From contig NC_000964.3 in assembly GCF_000009045.1 (NCBI RefSeq), forward strand, positions 840,001 through 872,000: a DNA stretch of 32,000 bases. Reading direction: 5' to 3'. The stretch's first letter is position 1, and every line of letters starts with the position of its first letter. The translations under genes were made by a program, and so were the position numbers. Below, in pieces: positions 18,101 through 25,204 of the stretch. Origin of the DNA: Bacillus subtilis subsp. subtilis str. 168 (GTDB lineage Bacteria > Bacillota > Bacilli > Bacillales > Bacillaceae). The notes below the pieces were generated by a model that saw only the letters and a list, made by a program, of their open reading frames with translations, was not told where the DNA came from and made no database searches.

Positions 18101-19502
18101 TCAGCTTGACGATTTGAACAGTATTATCGTAAAGATACAAGTCACCGACATTTTTAATCGCAAGATCTCCGGCTGGAATGTTTGTATAGTAATTGGCTCC
18201 GTTTCTGCCGCCTGCTTTAAACGGCGCTCCAGCGGATAAAATCGGCAGGTTCTTGTACTCGGTATCCTTCATTTCTTTTTCAGCGTACCACTTTTGCGCG
18301 TCAGTCACGATCTGAATGGAAGGATCATCTTTGACCTGTGCAAAGAAGCTGTTAATATCTGCTTCGGTTTTGCCGACTGGCTTTCGGACATACTCCAGTG
18401 TGTTTTGGTGTGTTTGCTGAATGGTGTTTGTAACGGTTTCGTTTCTTGATGTGACGTTGCCAGCAATAGATTCAATACTTCCTTTGGAATCTGCTACCTT
18501 CCATGAGCCGTCCGCCTTTTCAAGCTTGAGGTCAATCACGCCTAAATATTTGCCCCAGCTGCTTGGCATGACGACAGGAATGCCGTTAATTGTTCCCTTT
18601 TCCACATTGAACTGAGCAACACCCGCATACTCGGCGGAAGGAAAGAGTCCGTGCTGATGGCCCGAGATAATCGCGTCAATGCCTTTCGTTTTGGTGGCAA
18701 GGTCAAACACGGCGTTTTCTGCGCCTGATGATTGCGCCTGCTTTTCAATGCCGGTGTGGGCGAGGGCAATAATGACATCTGCGCCTTCCGCCTTCATTTT
18801 CGGGATCGTTTCATTGGCGGATTCTACGATATCCTGCACCTGAACTTGCCCCTCGAGATTCTTTTTGTCCCATGTCATGATTTGCGGCGGGACAAAGCCT
18901 ATGTAGCCGACTTTTACTTTCTGCTCATTACCGTTTTCATCAATGAGGGTTTTTTCATTAATCACATACGGCGTATAACGGTTTTCGCCGCTAGTTGTTT
19001 TGACGTTGGCATTTACAATCGGGAAATCGGCTCCTTTGATTGTGCCGTCGAGAAAGTCGAGCCCGTAGTTGAATTCATGATTGCCAAGCGTTCCGGCGTC
19101 GTATTTCAGCGCATTCATGACGCTGATAATCGGATGGGTTTTCGTGCCGGAGATAATGTCGTCTTTTTGATATTTCACCGCGTATTCACCCAGCGGATTC
19201 CCTTGAATCAAGTCGCCGTTATCCACAAGCAGGGTGTTAGGGTTTTGCTCGCGGTGCTTTTGGATCAATTGCGCTGTTCTCGCCAGACCGAAATCCGCCG
19301 TTTCTTTGTCGCTGTAGTAATCGTAATCCATCATGTTGGCATGAATATCAGTCGTAGCCAAAATACTCAGATGCACCTGAGGAGCCGCGCTTTCTTCTGC
19401 ATGAATGGGTGGTGTTGGGAGGATTAGGCTAAGTATCATAATTGGGGGCAAAAGAATACGGAGAATGTTTTCGACGTGTGTTCGTCTTTTCTGTATTCTC
19501 AC
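15114..19502 (-). CDS. yfkN: Cell-wall-anchored trifunctional nucleotide phosphoesterase (2',3'-cyclic-nucleotide 2'-phosphodiesterase / 3'-nucleotidase / 5'-nucleotidase)
   Basis: The ORF-track frame starts at TTG 19520. GTG 19502 (MRIQKRRTHVENIL) lies 7 nt after AAAGGTGGAG and gives 1462 aa. The signal peptide ends IHA. There are two tandem metallophosphoesterase plus 5'-nucleotidase-C modules (DIHANM/GNHEFNYG, then DTHAHL/GNHEFDKG). The C-terminus has a Gly/Pro/Thr-rich stalk, an LPDTA sorting motif (15219-15233), a hydrophobic span and an RRKQNR tail. Confidence 0.95.
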   Translation of the reverse strand: MRIQKRRTHVENILRILLPPIMILSLILPTPPIHAEESAAPQVHLSILATTDIHANMMDYDYYSDKETADFGLARTAQLIQKHREQNPNTLLVDNGDLIQGNPLGEYAVKYQKDDIISGTKTHPIISVMNALKYDAGTLGNHEFNYGLDFLDGTIKGADFPIVNANVKTTSGENRYTPYVINEKTLIDENGNEQKVKVGYIGFVPPQIMTWDKKNLEGQVQVQDIVESANETIPKMKAEGADVIIALAHTGIEKQAQSSGAENAVFDLATKTKGIDAIISGHQHGLFPSAEYAGVAQFNVEKGTINGIPVVMPSSWGKYLGVIDLKLEKADGSWKVADSKGSIESIAGNVTSRNETVTNTIQQTHQNTLEYVRKPVGKTEADINSFFAQVKDDPSIQIVTDAQKWYAEKEMKDTEYKNLPILSAGAPFKAGGRNGANYYTNIPAGDLAIKNVGDLYLYDNTVQIVKLTGSEVKDWLEMSAGQFNQIDPAKGGDQALLNENFRSYNFDVIDGVTYQVDVTKPAKYNENGKVINADSSRIINLSYEGKPISPSQEFLVVTNNYRASGGGGFPHLTSDKIVHGSAVENRQVLMDYIIEQKTVNPKADNNWSIAPVSGTNLTFESSLLAKPFADKADDVAYVGKSANEGYGVYKLQFDDDSNPDPPKDGLWDLTVMHTNDTHAHLDDAARRMTKINEVRSETNHNILLDAGDVFSGDLYFTKWNGLADLKMMNMMGYDAMTFGNHEFDKGPTVLSDFLSGNSATVDPANRYHFEAPEFPIVSANVDVSNEPKLKSFVKKPQTFTAGEKKEAGIHPYILLDVDGEKVAVFGLTTEDTATTSSPGKSIVFNDAFETAQNTVKAIQEEEKVNKIIALTHIGHNRDLELAKKVKGIDLIIGGHTHTLVDKMEVVNNEEPTIVAQAKEYGQFLGRVDVAFDEKGVVQTDKSNLSVLPIDEHTEENPEAKQELDQFKNELEDVKNEKVGYTDVALDGQREHVRTKETNLGNFIADGMLAKAKEAAGARIAITNGGGIRAGIDKGDITLGEVLNVMPFGNTLYVADLTGKQIKEALEQGLSNVENGGGAFPQVAGIEYTFTLNNKPGHRVLEVKIESPNGDKVAINTDDTYRVATNNFVGAGGDGYSVFTEASHGEDLGYVDYEIFTEQLKKLGNKVSPKVEGRIKEVFLPTKQKDGSWTLDEDKFAIYAKNANTPFVYYGIHEGSQEKPINLKVKKDQVKLLKERESDPSLTMFNYWYSMKMPMANLKTADTAIGIKSTGELDVSLSDVYDFTVKQKGKEIKSFKEPVQLSLRMFDIEEAHNPAIYHVDRKKKAFTKTGHGSVDDDMVTGYTNHFSEYTILNSGSNNKPPAFPSDQPTGGDDGNHGGGSDKPGGKQPTDGNGGNDTPPGTQPTNGSGGNGSGGSGTDGPAGGLLPDTATSMYSILLAGFLISALGTAMYLHQRRKQNRANQA

Positions 19503-19542
19503 CAGTTCTCCACCTTTCAACGAAATTTGTGTTACAGCTCCT

Positions 19543-19596
19543 ATTGTAAGAATATTTTGTAACTATTTGTAGGTGTTTCTTTATGATTATTGTAAA
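19543..19596 (-). promoter_or_regulatory. Candidate PhoP-activated promoter of yfkN (about four PhoP-box-like hexamers plus a -10, no -35)
   Basis: The minus strand reads TTTACA-n5-CATAAA-n6-CCTACA-n4-GTTACA-n9-TACAAT. The hexamers resemble TT(A/T/C)A(C/T)A with roughly 11-bp periodicity, and there is no recognisable TTGACA. From memory, yfkN is reported as a phosphate-starvation-induced gene. Confidence 0.4.
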
Positions 19597-19679
19597 AGGG
19601 AGAAAAATGAGTATTATGTAGCAGTATCAAACGACAAATACTGGGCATTTATGCTTATCGTTTGTCACAATCGCGGAAT

Positions 19680-19704
19680 GTTTATTTTAGTGTGGCTGGG
19701 GTAG
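19680..19704 (+). promoter_or_regulatory. SigB-type promoter of yfkM
   Basis: GTTTAT (19680-19685), 13 nt of spacer, then GGGTAG (19699-19704), compared with the consensus GTTTAA-N12-15-GGGTAT. It lies about 40 nt upstream of the yfkM ATG. yfkM encodes general stress protein 18. Confidence 0.7.
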
Positions 19705-19744
19705 AGTGTTTTATGTAGACATATAAAGCGGGAGGTTATGAATC

Positions 19745-20263
19745 ATGGGGAAAAAAATTGCAGTTGTTTTAACATATTATTTTGAGGACAGCGAGTACAC
19801 TGAGCCTGCGAAAGCCTTTAAAGAAGCGGGACATGAACTGACTGTCATCGAAAAAGAAAAAGGAAAAACAGTAAAAGGCAAGCAGGGAACAGCGGAAGTG
19901 ACGGTTGACGCGTCCATTGACGACGTAAATTCTTCAGACTTTGATGCGCTTTTGATTCCTGGAGGATTTTCACCAGACCAGCTTCGCGCTGACGATCGTT
20001 TCGTCCAATTTACAAAAGCGTTTATGACTGACAAAAAGCCGGTATTTGCCATTTGCCACGGCCCGCAGCTTTTAATCAATGCGAAAGCGCTCGACGGCCG
20101 AAAAGCGACGGGCTATACGTCCATTCGTGTTGACATGGAAAACGCCGGTGCCGACGTTGTGGACAAGGAAGTGGTTGTTTGCCAGGATCAATTGGTCACT
20201 AGCCGCACACCGGACGATATACCGGCATTTAACCGCGAGTCATTGGCATTGCTTGAGAAATAA
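19745..20263 (+). CDS. yfkM: DJ-1/PfpI family protein (general stress protein 18; glyoxalase III / deglycase-like)
   Basis: 172 aa with the nucleophile-elbow motif AICHGP and a class-I glutamine amidotransferase-like fold. GGGAGG RBS upstream. Confidence 0.92.
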   Translation: MGKKIAVVLTYYFEDSEYTEPAKAFKEAGHELTVIEKEKGKTVKGKQGTAEVTVDASIDDVNSSDFDALLIPGGFSPDQLRADDRFVQFTKAFMTDKKPVFAICHGPQLLINAKALDGRKATGYTSIRVDMENAGADVVDKEVVVCQDQLVTSRTPDDIPAFNRESLALLEK

Positions 20264-20265
20264 GA

Positions 20266-20298
20266 AAAAACGGACGCTCTTGGGCGTCCGTTTTTTTG
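20266..20298. terminator. Bidirectional terminator between convergent yfkM and yfkL
   Basis: An A-run, then CGGACGC (20271-20277) pairing with GCGTCCG (20284-20290), then a T7 run. Confidence 0.85.
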
Positions 20299-20302
20299 TT
20301 GC

Positions 20303-21493
20303 TTAGGCTTGAGCACCTGTCAGTTTCTTGTACCTGTAATACAAGAAAGCAGCTGCAGCCGTTCCGATGACCGCAATGCCGAAGTCGAATATGAAAATAT
20401 GGGCGATGCCCCCCGCTTTTGCGATAAGCCCTGTTGCAATCGGCAGCAGAATCGATGCAAGACTTGAAGCAGTCGCTACAATTCCGGTAACGGTTCCTTT
20501 TCGCTTCCAGAAAAGCTCTGTCATTAACGTAATGGTAATTTGAAACACACCCGCAGTTGAAAAGCCTAAGAAAAAGGCAGTGATGTCCAGCACAACTGGG
20601 ATATGAACGGTCAGCATGACTGCGAGCGTACATAAAGTAATAATAGGATATAAGAGCGTTATGAAGACAGGTTTGACCCATCTATTCAGCAAAACGGCTA
20701 ATAATAAAACAGATGCCAGAGATCCTATACTATAATAGCTCAGCAATTGTACAGATGCTGATTCAGCTAAACCGGCTGCCTTTTGCGCGTAGCTCGGGAG
20801 CCAGATTTGAGAAACCGTAAATAAAGCCGTGGATGTAAAACCGATGATAATCAGTGCGGTGCCTTCCTTCTGAAAAACGGGTTCAGACAAGAAAACGGGA
20901 GATTCCTGTTGGCCGCTATTAGTTGGTTTCTTATGTTTTTTAGGAAACGAAAGCGTTGATAAATAAATAATATTCAGGAGATAGACCGCTGCCGGCAGAT
21001 AAAAAGCAAATCCGTAAAACATGCTGTGGTCTGCTAAAAATGTGATCAAAAGCGGCAAAAGTGCGGCCCCCACAGACATAAAGGCTTTAACCAAGACATT
21101 TGCCGAACCGGAAGCAGACGGAAAGAGCTCGGTTAGGGCCGGATATGTTCCGGCATCCATGGCTGAATTAGCGACTCCGGCTAATAAAGCGAACACAAAC
21201 GCCAGCTCATAGCTCGGTGATAAAGGAATACCGACTAAAAAGACGGCCATAATTCCCGCAGAAGCGACAACAAGCGGCTTTCTGCCGATTTTATCTGATA
21301 GAACGCCGGAAATGCCGTATGTCAGCAGTTTGCCAAACCCGATAGCGGCAATGACATAACTGATGCCGGTCGGATCGGTATTCCACTGTTTTGTTAATGA
21401 AGACATATTGGATGCGAGAATGATGTTGACCATCCCCAGAAAGAAGTAGTTGATATACATTCCGGATGCTGTTTTGATAGATGTCGTTTGCAT
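20303..21493 (-). CDS. yfkL: Major facilitator superfamily transporter, substrate unknown
   Basis: 396 aa with 12 predicted TM segments and an MFS loop motif GVLSDKIGRKP. AAGGAG RBS 7 nt upstream. Confidence 0.88.
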   Translation of the reverse strand: MQTTSIKTASGMYINYFFLGMVNIILASNMSSLTKQWNTDPTGISYVIAAIGFGKLLTYGISGVLSDKIGRKPLVVASAGIMAVFLVGIPLSPSYELAFVFALLAGVANSAMDAGTYPALTELFPSASGSANVLVKAFMSVGAALLPLLITFLADHSMFYGFAFYLPAAVYLLNIIYLSTLSFPKKHKKPTNSGQQESPVFLSEPVFQKEGTALIIIGFTSTALFTVSQIWLPSYAQKAAGLAESASVQLLSYYSIGSLASVLLLAVLLNRWVKPVFITLLYPIITLCTLAVMLTVHIPVVLDITAFFLGFSTAGVFQITITLMTELFWKRKGTVTGIVATASSLASILLPIATGLIAKAGGIAHIFIFDFGIAVIGTAAAAFLYYRYKKLTGAQA

Positions 21494-21551
21494 GCTTGTA
21501 CTCCTTCAAATCTTATTCGAACACTTTGCTGTTTTGGTTTGGGGAAATGAT

Positions 21552-21581
21552 AAAAAAGACTCGCCGAGTTTCCGGCCAGTC
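21552..21581 (-). terminator. Rho-independent terminator after yfkK
   Basis: On the minus strand, GACTGGCCG-GAAACT-CGGCGAGTC (one central mismatch) is followed by TTTTTT. Confidence 0.7.
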
Positions 21582-21585
21582 TCCA

Positions 21586-21801
21586 TTATTTACGAAGCGA
21601 GGCTAATTCTTGAGCAATCGCCTGCATTTCACTTGGGCTGAATGATTCTTTTTTCATCACCATTCTGTGAAGGTACGTGAGGTCTTCAATCTTCTCATCA
21701 CTGAAATCCTCCGCTTTGATTACGCCGACGTTCAGCATGTTCAGCTTTTGGGAAATCTCTTCAATCATTTGAGTTAATGTTTCTGTATTTGGGCTGGACA
21801 A
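21586..21801 (-). CDS. yfkK: UPF0435/DUF1128 family small cytoplasmic protein
   Basis: 71 aa, helical and acidic. It uses a TTG start at 21801, preceded by an AAAGGATGG RBS. Confidence 0.8.
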
Positions 21802-21956
21802 AGGGTTCCATCCTTTCTATGCGCAATATAGGTATGTTTTATTCTAACAGAATTCCATCAGAAAAAAACCCTATTCTAAAAGCAGGCTGTTCATTCCAAA
21901 AAAGTGAAGACATCAGTTGAAAAGAAAATGAACATCCTACTAAGATATTCATGAAG

Positions 21957-21982
21957 GTTTCTTTTTAGAGAAATAGGGGCAA
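21957..21982 (+). promoter_or_regulatory. Weak candidate SigB-type promoter upstream of yfkJ
   Basis: GTTTCT (21957-21962), 14 nt of spacer, then GGGCAA (21977-21982). The -10 match is partial only, and the implied leader is very short. Confidence 0.3.
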
Positions 21983-22003
21983 AGAATAGGGAGGTTGCAC
22001 ATC

Positions 22004-22474
22004 ATGATAAGCGTGTTATTTGTTTGTTTAGGTAACATTTGCCGGTCTCCGATGGCGGAAGCGATTTTTAGGGACCTGGCAGCCAAAAAAGGATTAGAGG
22101 GGAAAATCAAGGCGGACTCAGCCGGTATTGGCGGCTGGCACATCGGCAACCCCCCGCATGAGGGAACGCAGGAGATATTGCGCAGAGAAGGAATCAGCTT
22201 TGATGGCATGCTGGCGCGTCAAGTCAGCGAACAGGATCTGGACGATTTTGATTACATCATTGCAATGGATGCAGAAAATATCGGAAGTCTCAGAAGCATG
22301 GCGGGTTTTAAAAACACCTCGCATATCAAAAGGCTCTTGGACTATGTTGAAGATTCAGATCTGGCTGACGTACCCGATCCTTACTACACAGGGAACTTTG
22401 AAGAGGTCTGCCAATTAATCAAAACGGGCTGTGAGCAGTTGCTTGCATCCATTCAAAAAGAAAAACAATTGTGA
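22004..22474 (+). CDS. yfkJ: Low-molecular-weight protein-tyrosine phosphatase
   Basis: The ORF-track frame starts at TTG 21995. ATG 22004 (MISVLFVCLGNICRSPMAEAIF) gives 156 aa. It carries the CX5R(S) P-loop CLGNICRS and a DPYY general-acid Asp. Confidence 0.93.
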   Translation: MISVLFVCLGNICRSPMAEAIFRDLAAKKGLEGKIKADSAGIGGWHIGNPPHEGTQEILRREGISFDGMLARQVSEQDLDDFDYIIAMDAENIGSLRSMAGFKNTSHIKRLLDYVEDSDLADVPDPYYTGNFEEVCQLIKTGCEQLLASIQKEKQL

Positions 22475-22491
22475 GTGAAAGGAGAATTTGC

Positions 22492-22812
22492 ATGAACAAC
22501 GAACGTTTAATGCTGAAAGGGATATTTCTCGGAGCTGCGGCAGGCGCGGCGTTATCACTGCTCCATAAGCCGACAAGACAGGCGTGCGGGATGAGATGGC
22601 TGACATGCAAGCATAAACTTTCACTGTACAAAAGCAACCCAGAGCTGTTAAAAAACACTGTCATCACAAAAGTGGATGAGGCCAAAAAGCTCGCCCGAAC
22701 GCTTTCAAAGGAAGTCGACTTTGTGAACCAGCAGGTGAAAGAGCTGAAGAAAACAACGCCGCAAGTGATGGAACTCGTGCAAGAAACGAAAGAGCATTTT
22801 TCAAAAAAATGA
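22492..22812 (+). CDS. yfkI: YtxH-like small membrane-anchored stress protein
   Basis: The ORF-track frame starts at GTG 22471. ATG 22492 (MNNERLMLKGIFLGAAAGAALSLL) lies 6 nt after AAAGGAGA and gives 106 aa. It has one N-terminal hydrophobic helix followed by a charged helical region. Confidence 0.82.
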   Translation: MNNERLMLKGIFLGAAAGAALSLLHKPTRQACGMRWLTCKHKLSLYKSNPELLKNTVITKVDEAKKLARTLSKEVDFVNQQVKELKKTTPQVMELVQETKEHFSKK

Positions 22813-22835
22813 TCAAACATGCGAGGTGAGACGAC

Positions 22836-23663
22836 ATGAGTTTTTTGAAAGAGCTTTTCAGCAGATACACCCTTCATGAAGGACAAAGTAAATCAGCGGA
22901 GCTGGCGTATTTTTTTCTATTGTCACTGTTTCCGTTTTTGATTTTTATGCTGACGCTCACCGCGTATCTTCCGCTTTCTACCGATGATGTTTTAGGAGTC
23001 ATAGAACAATATGCTCCCGCCAGTGCGATGTCACTCGTTGAATCCATTACCCATCAAACCTTAAATAATCGAAATGGCGGTTTGCTGTCATTCGGGATTA
23101 TCGCCGCATTATGGTCTGCGTCTAATGGAATGAATGCGATCGTCCGGTCGCTGAACCACGCGTATGATGTGGAAGAAAACCGCTCTTTTATCATTGTTCG
23201 TCTAACCTCGATTTTTTTGACGATTGCCATGGTATTTACGATTTTAGTGGCTTTGCTTCTGCCGGTATTTGGCCGGGAGATTGGAAGGCTCGCTTCTGAC
23301 TTTGTCGGCGCGTCGGATCTGTTTTTATCCGTCTGGGCCGCCATTCGCTGGGGTGTCAGCCCGCTTGTGCTTTTGATTGTTTTTTCCGCGCTGTATGTGA
23401 TTGCGCCGAACAAAAAGCTGTCTCTCCGGTTTGTCATGCCGGGTGCGGTCTTTGCGACTATCGGCTGGATCATTGTCAGCACATTGTTTTCATTTTACGT
23501 CAGCACGTTTGCGAACTATAGCGCCACTTACGGGAGCATCGGGGGAATCATCGTTCTGATGATTTGGTTTTACTTGAGCGGCATTTTAATTATCCTAGGC
23601 GGAGAAATCAACGCTCTTTTACATAAACGTAAAAAGCTTCCTGATGAAAATCCCTACCATTAG
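22836..23663 (+). CDS. yfkH: YihY/BrkB family integral membrane protein (formerly annotated RNase BN-like)
   Basis: 275 aa with about 6 TM segments and a YihY-family sequence. GCGAGGTGAG RBS upstream. Confidence 0.88.
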   Translation: MSFLKELFSRYTLHEGQSKSAELAYFFLLSLFPFLIFMLTLTAYLPLSTDDVLGVIEQYAPASAMSLVESITHQTLNNRNGGLLSFGIIAALWSASNGMNAIVRSLNHAYDVEENRSFIIVRLTSIFLTIAMVFTILVALLLPVFGREIGRLASDFVGASDLFLSVWAAIRWGVSPLVLLIVFSALYVIAPNKKLSLRFVMPGAVFATIGWIIVSTLFSFYVSTFANYSATYGSIGGIIVLMIWFYLSGILIILGGEINALLHKRKKLPDENPYH

Positions 23664-23714
23664 CGCACCCTATAAACGAACTTCGGTTCAAAAAGAAGTC
23701 GGGGGGATATCGTG

Positions 23715-23822
23715 ATGACCAAGCATACGAAAAAAGGCGGAAGCCATAACAAACAAAACTCGAAAAGCAAATCGAGCCATAAAACAAGCGGAAGCGCCAA
23801 CGGACAAAACGGCTACCATTAG
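23715..23822 (+). CDS. Candidate unlisted micropeptide gene (35 aa, basic, K/S/N/G/H-rich)
   Basis: ATG 23715 is preceded by GGGGGGA (23701-23707) at 7-nt spacing, and the ORF ends at TAG 23820-23822. It encodes MTKHTKKGGSHNKQNSKSKSSHKTSGSANGQNGYH. A strong terminator follows directly. It falls below the 60-aa cutoff of the ORF track. Confidence 0.45.
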   Translation: MTKHTKKGGSHNKQNSKSKSSHKTSGSANGQNGYH

Positions 23823-23826
23823 CATA

Positions 23827-23859
23827 AAAGCCTCCTGACATGATGTCGGGAGGCTTTTT
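23827..23859. terminator. Bidirectional terminator between the yfkH/micro-ORF unit and convergent yfkF
   Basis: AAAGCCTCCTGAC (23827-23839) pairs with GTCGGGAGGCTTT (23845-23857), with one G-U pair and a 5-nt loop. T-runs follow on both strands. Confidence 0.85.
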
Positions 23860-23861
23860 GA

Positions 23862-25037
23862 TTAAGAAGATGAAGAATAGGTTTCAGCCGGTGACCAGCT
23901 TTTCGGTTTGCCCAGCACAAGGGCCAGCCACACAGAGCTAAGCGTGAGAGTAATGAAGTAGAACAAGTTTGCGCTTTCAAATGTCTGCATATACCAGCCG
24001 CCGGCAACTGGGCCGAGGATGCTACCGAGACTGAATGTAATGCCGCAAAGCAGGTTTCCCGCCGGCAGGAGGTGAGGCGGAAGAAGGTCTGTCATATAGC
24101 TGATGCCAAGTGTAAAGGTTGATCCGACTGCCATTCCTGCAATAAAAAAGCAGCCGCCGATCACGTAGGGCGAAGGAAATACACCGGCGATGAAAAAGCA
24201 AAGAGCCCCAGTCAGTAAAATCACCAGCAGCACATTCCGCCTGCCGTATTTATCGCTGAGGATGCCGAGCGGAAACTGAAAGATAATGCTTCCAATCGCA
24301 AATGCGGGAAGGATGATCGCTACTGCGTCTACTGATATCCCCAAACGGAGCGCGTACACCGGAAAGCTTCCGTTCAGCGCCGTTTCCAGAAAGCCATAGC
24401 CAAATGTAGGCATAAAGGCAACCCACCCAAACAGCATGGCCTGATAAAATCGCCTGAAACTATTGTCTGATTTGGTTTCATGAGGACTGGTTTCCGGGTA
24501 TGCATTTTGTAGAAAGAAAACAAAAAGCCACGCAAACAGACTGATGCAGCCGGACACGATAAAAGGAAGCGACGGACTCAGCTTGACAAGCGGCACCATG
24601 AACGGGCCTGCGGCAAAGCCAAGGCCAAAGGAAAGCCCATAAATAGACAGGTTTCTTCCGCGATTTTGTTTTGATGACATGGAGGTCACCCACGTTTGCG
24701 TAGAAAAGTGAAGCATGTGGTCGCCGATTCCAATGAACAGGCGAAGCAGGAACCAGACCCAAACTGACTGAAGCCAAATAAATCCGAATAAGCTTAAAAT
24801 GACAATGCTTCCGCCCATGACGATCAGCGGCTTGAACCCGAGCTTTCTGAGCGGTGCTTCCATAAACGGCGAAGCCAAAAGCACACCGATATACAGCCCG
24901 GTCGCGTGCAGGCCGTTGATAGCAGCGGATTCTCCATTTGTTTCAAAAATGATTGAAATGACAGGCAGCAGCATGCCTTGTGAAAACCCGGAAATGGAAA
25001 CGAGCAAGACAAGGATAAAGAAATGAAATCGTGACAT
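23862..25037 (-). CDS. yfkF: Major facilitator superfamily transporter, substrate unknown
   Basis: The ORF-track frame extends to 25079. ATG 25037 (MSRFHFFILVLLVSISGF) lies 8 nt after AAGGAGAA and gives 391 aa. It has 12 TM segments. Confidence 0.88.
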   Translation of the reverse strand: MSRFHFFILVLLVSISGFSQGMLLPVISIIFETNGESAAINGLHATGLYIGVLLASPFMEAPLRKLGFKPLIVMGGSIVILSLFGFIWLQSVWVWFLLRLFIGIGDHMLHFSTQTWVTSMSSKQNRGRNLSIYGLSFGLGFAAGPFMVPLVKLSPSLPFIVSGCISLFAWLFVFFLQNAYPETSPHETKSDNSFRRFYQAMLFGWVAFMPTFGYGFLETALNGSFPVYALRLGISVDAVAIILPAFAIGSIIFQFPLGILSDKYGRRNVLLVILLTGALCFFIAGVFPSPYVIGGCFFIAGMAVGSTFTLGISYMTDLLPPHLLPAGNLLCGITFSLGSILGPVAGGWYMQTFESANLFYFITLTLSSVWLALVLGKPKSWSPAETYSSSS

Positions 25038-25204
25038 CGTGTCAGTTCTCCTTATATGGAATCTATGTTGATCGTACAACGTTTTCCAAAAGCAGGCAAC
25101 CTGAAAAAAGCCTATATCACGCTATACATTTGCCCTCGTGTAATCATGAAGGTTTTTGTGAAGAATAAAAATAAAACAAGTCATAAAAAAGGAGCTATTT
25201 CACC

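Noticed and set aside
18732-19427. 231-aa ORF on the plus strand, antisense inside yfkN
   Set aside because: It lies entirely within, and opposite to, a CDS with strong motif support. It has no RBS, and its product is an odd R/F/C/H-rich low-information sequence. This is a typical shadow ORF.
19622-19643. Inverted repeat CAGTAT-N10-ATACTG in the yfkN/yfkM spacer
   Set aside because: The arms are only 6 bp long, there is no T-run, and it matches no consensus I know. It could easily arise by chance in a 220-bp AT-rich spacer.
21840-21879. Direct repeat TATTCTAA at 21840-21847 and 21872-21879 in the yfkK/yfkJ divergent spacer
   Set aside because: It is an 8-mer in AT-rich intergenic DNA. On the minus strand each copy reads TTAGAATA, which probably just reflects -10-like promoter elements for yfkK. 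This is too little information to call a binding site.
22419-22886. 155-aa minus-strand ORF covering the yfkI region
   Set aside because: It is antisense to three tightly packed plus-strand genes that have good RBSs. It has no RBS or terminator of its own, and its composition is cysteine/phenylalanine/serine-rich and implausible.
23608-23841. 77-aa minus-strand ORF overlapping the yfkH end and the micro-ORF
   Set aside because: It starts inside the terminator hairpin and has no RBS. It would be transcribed only by read-through past the yfkF terminator region. The plus-strand micro-ORF has better translation signals.
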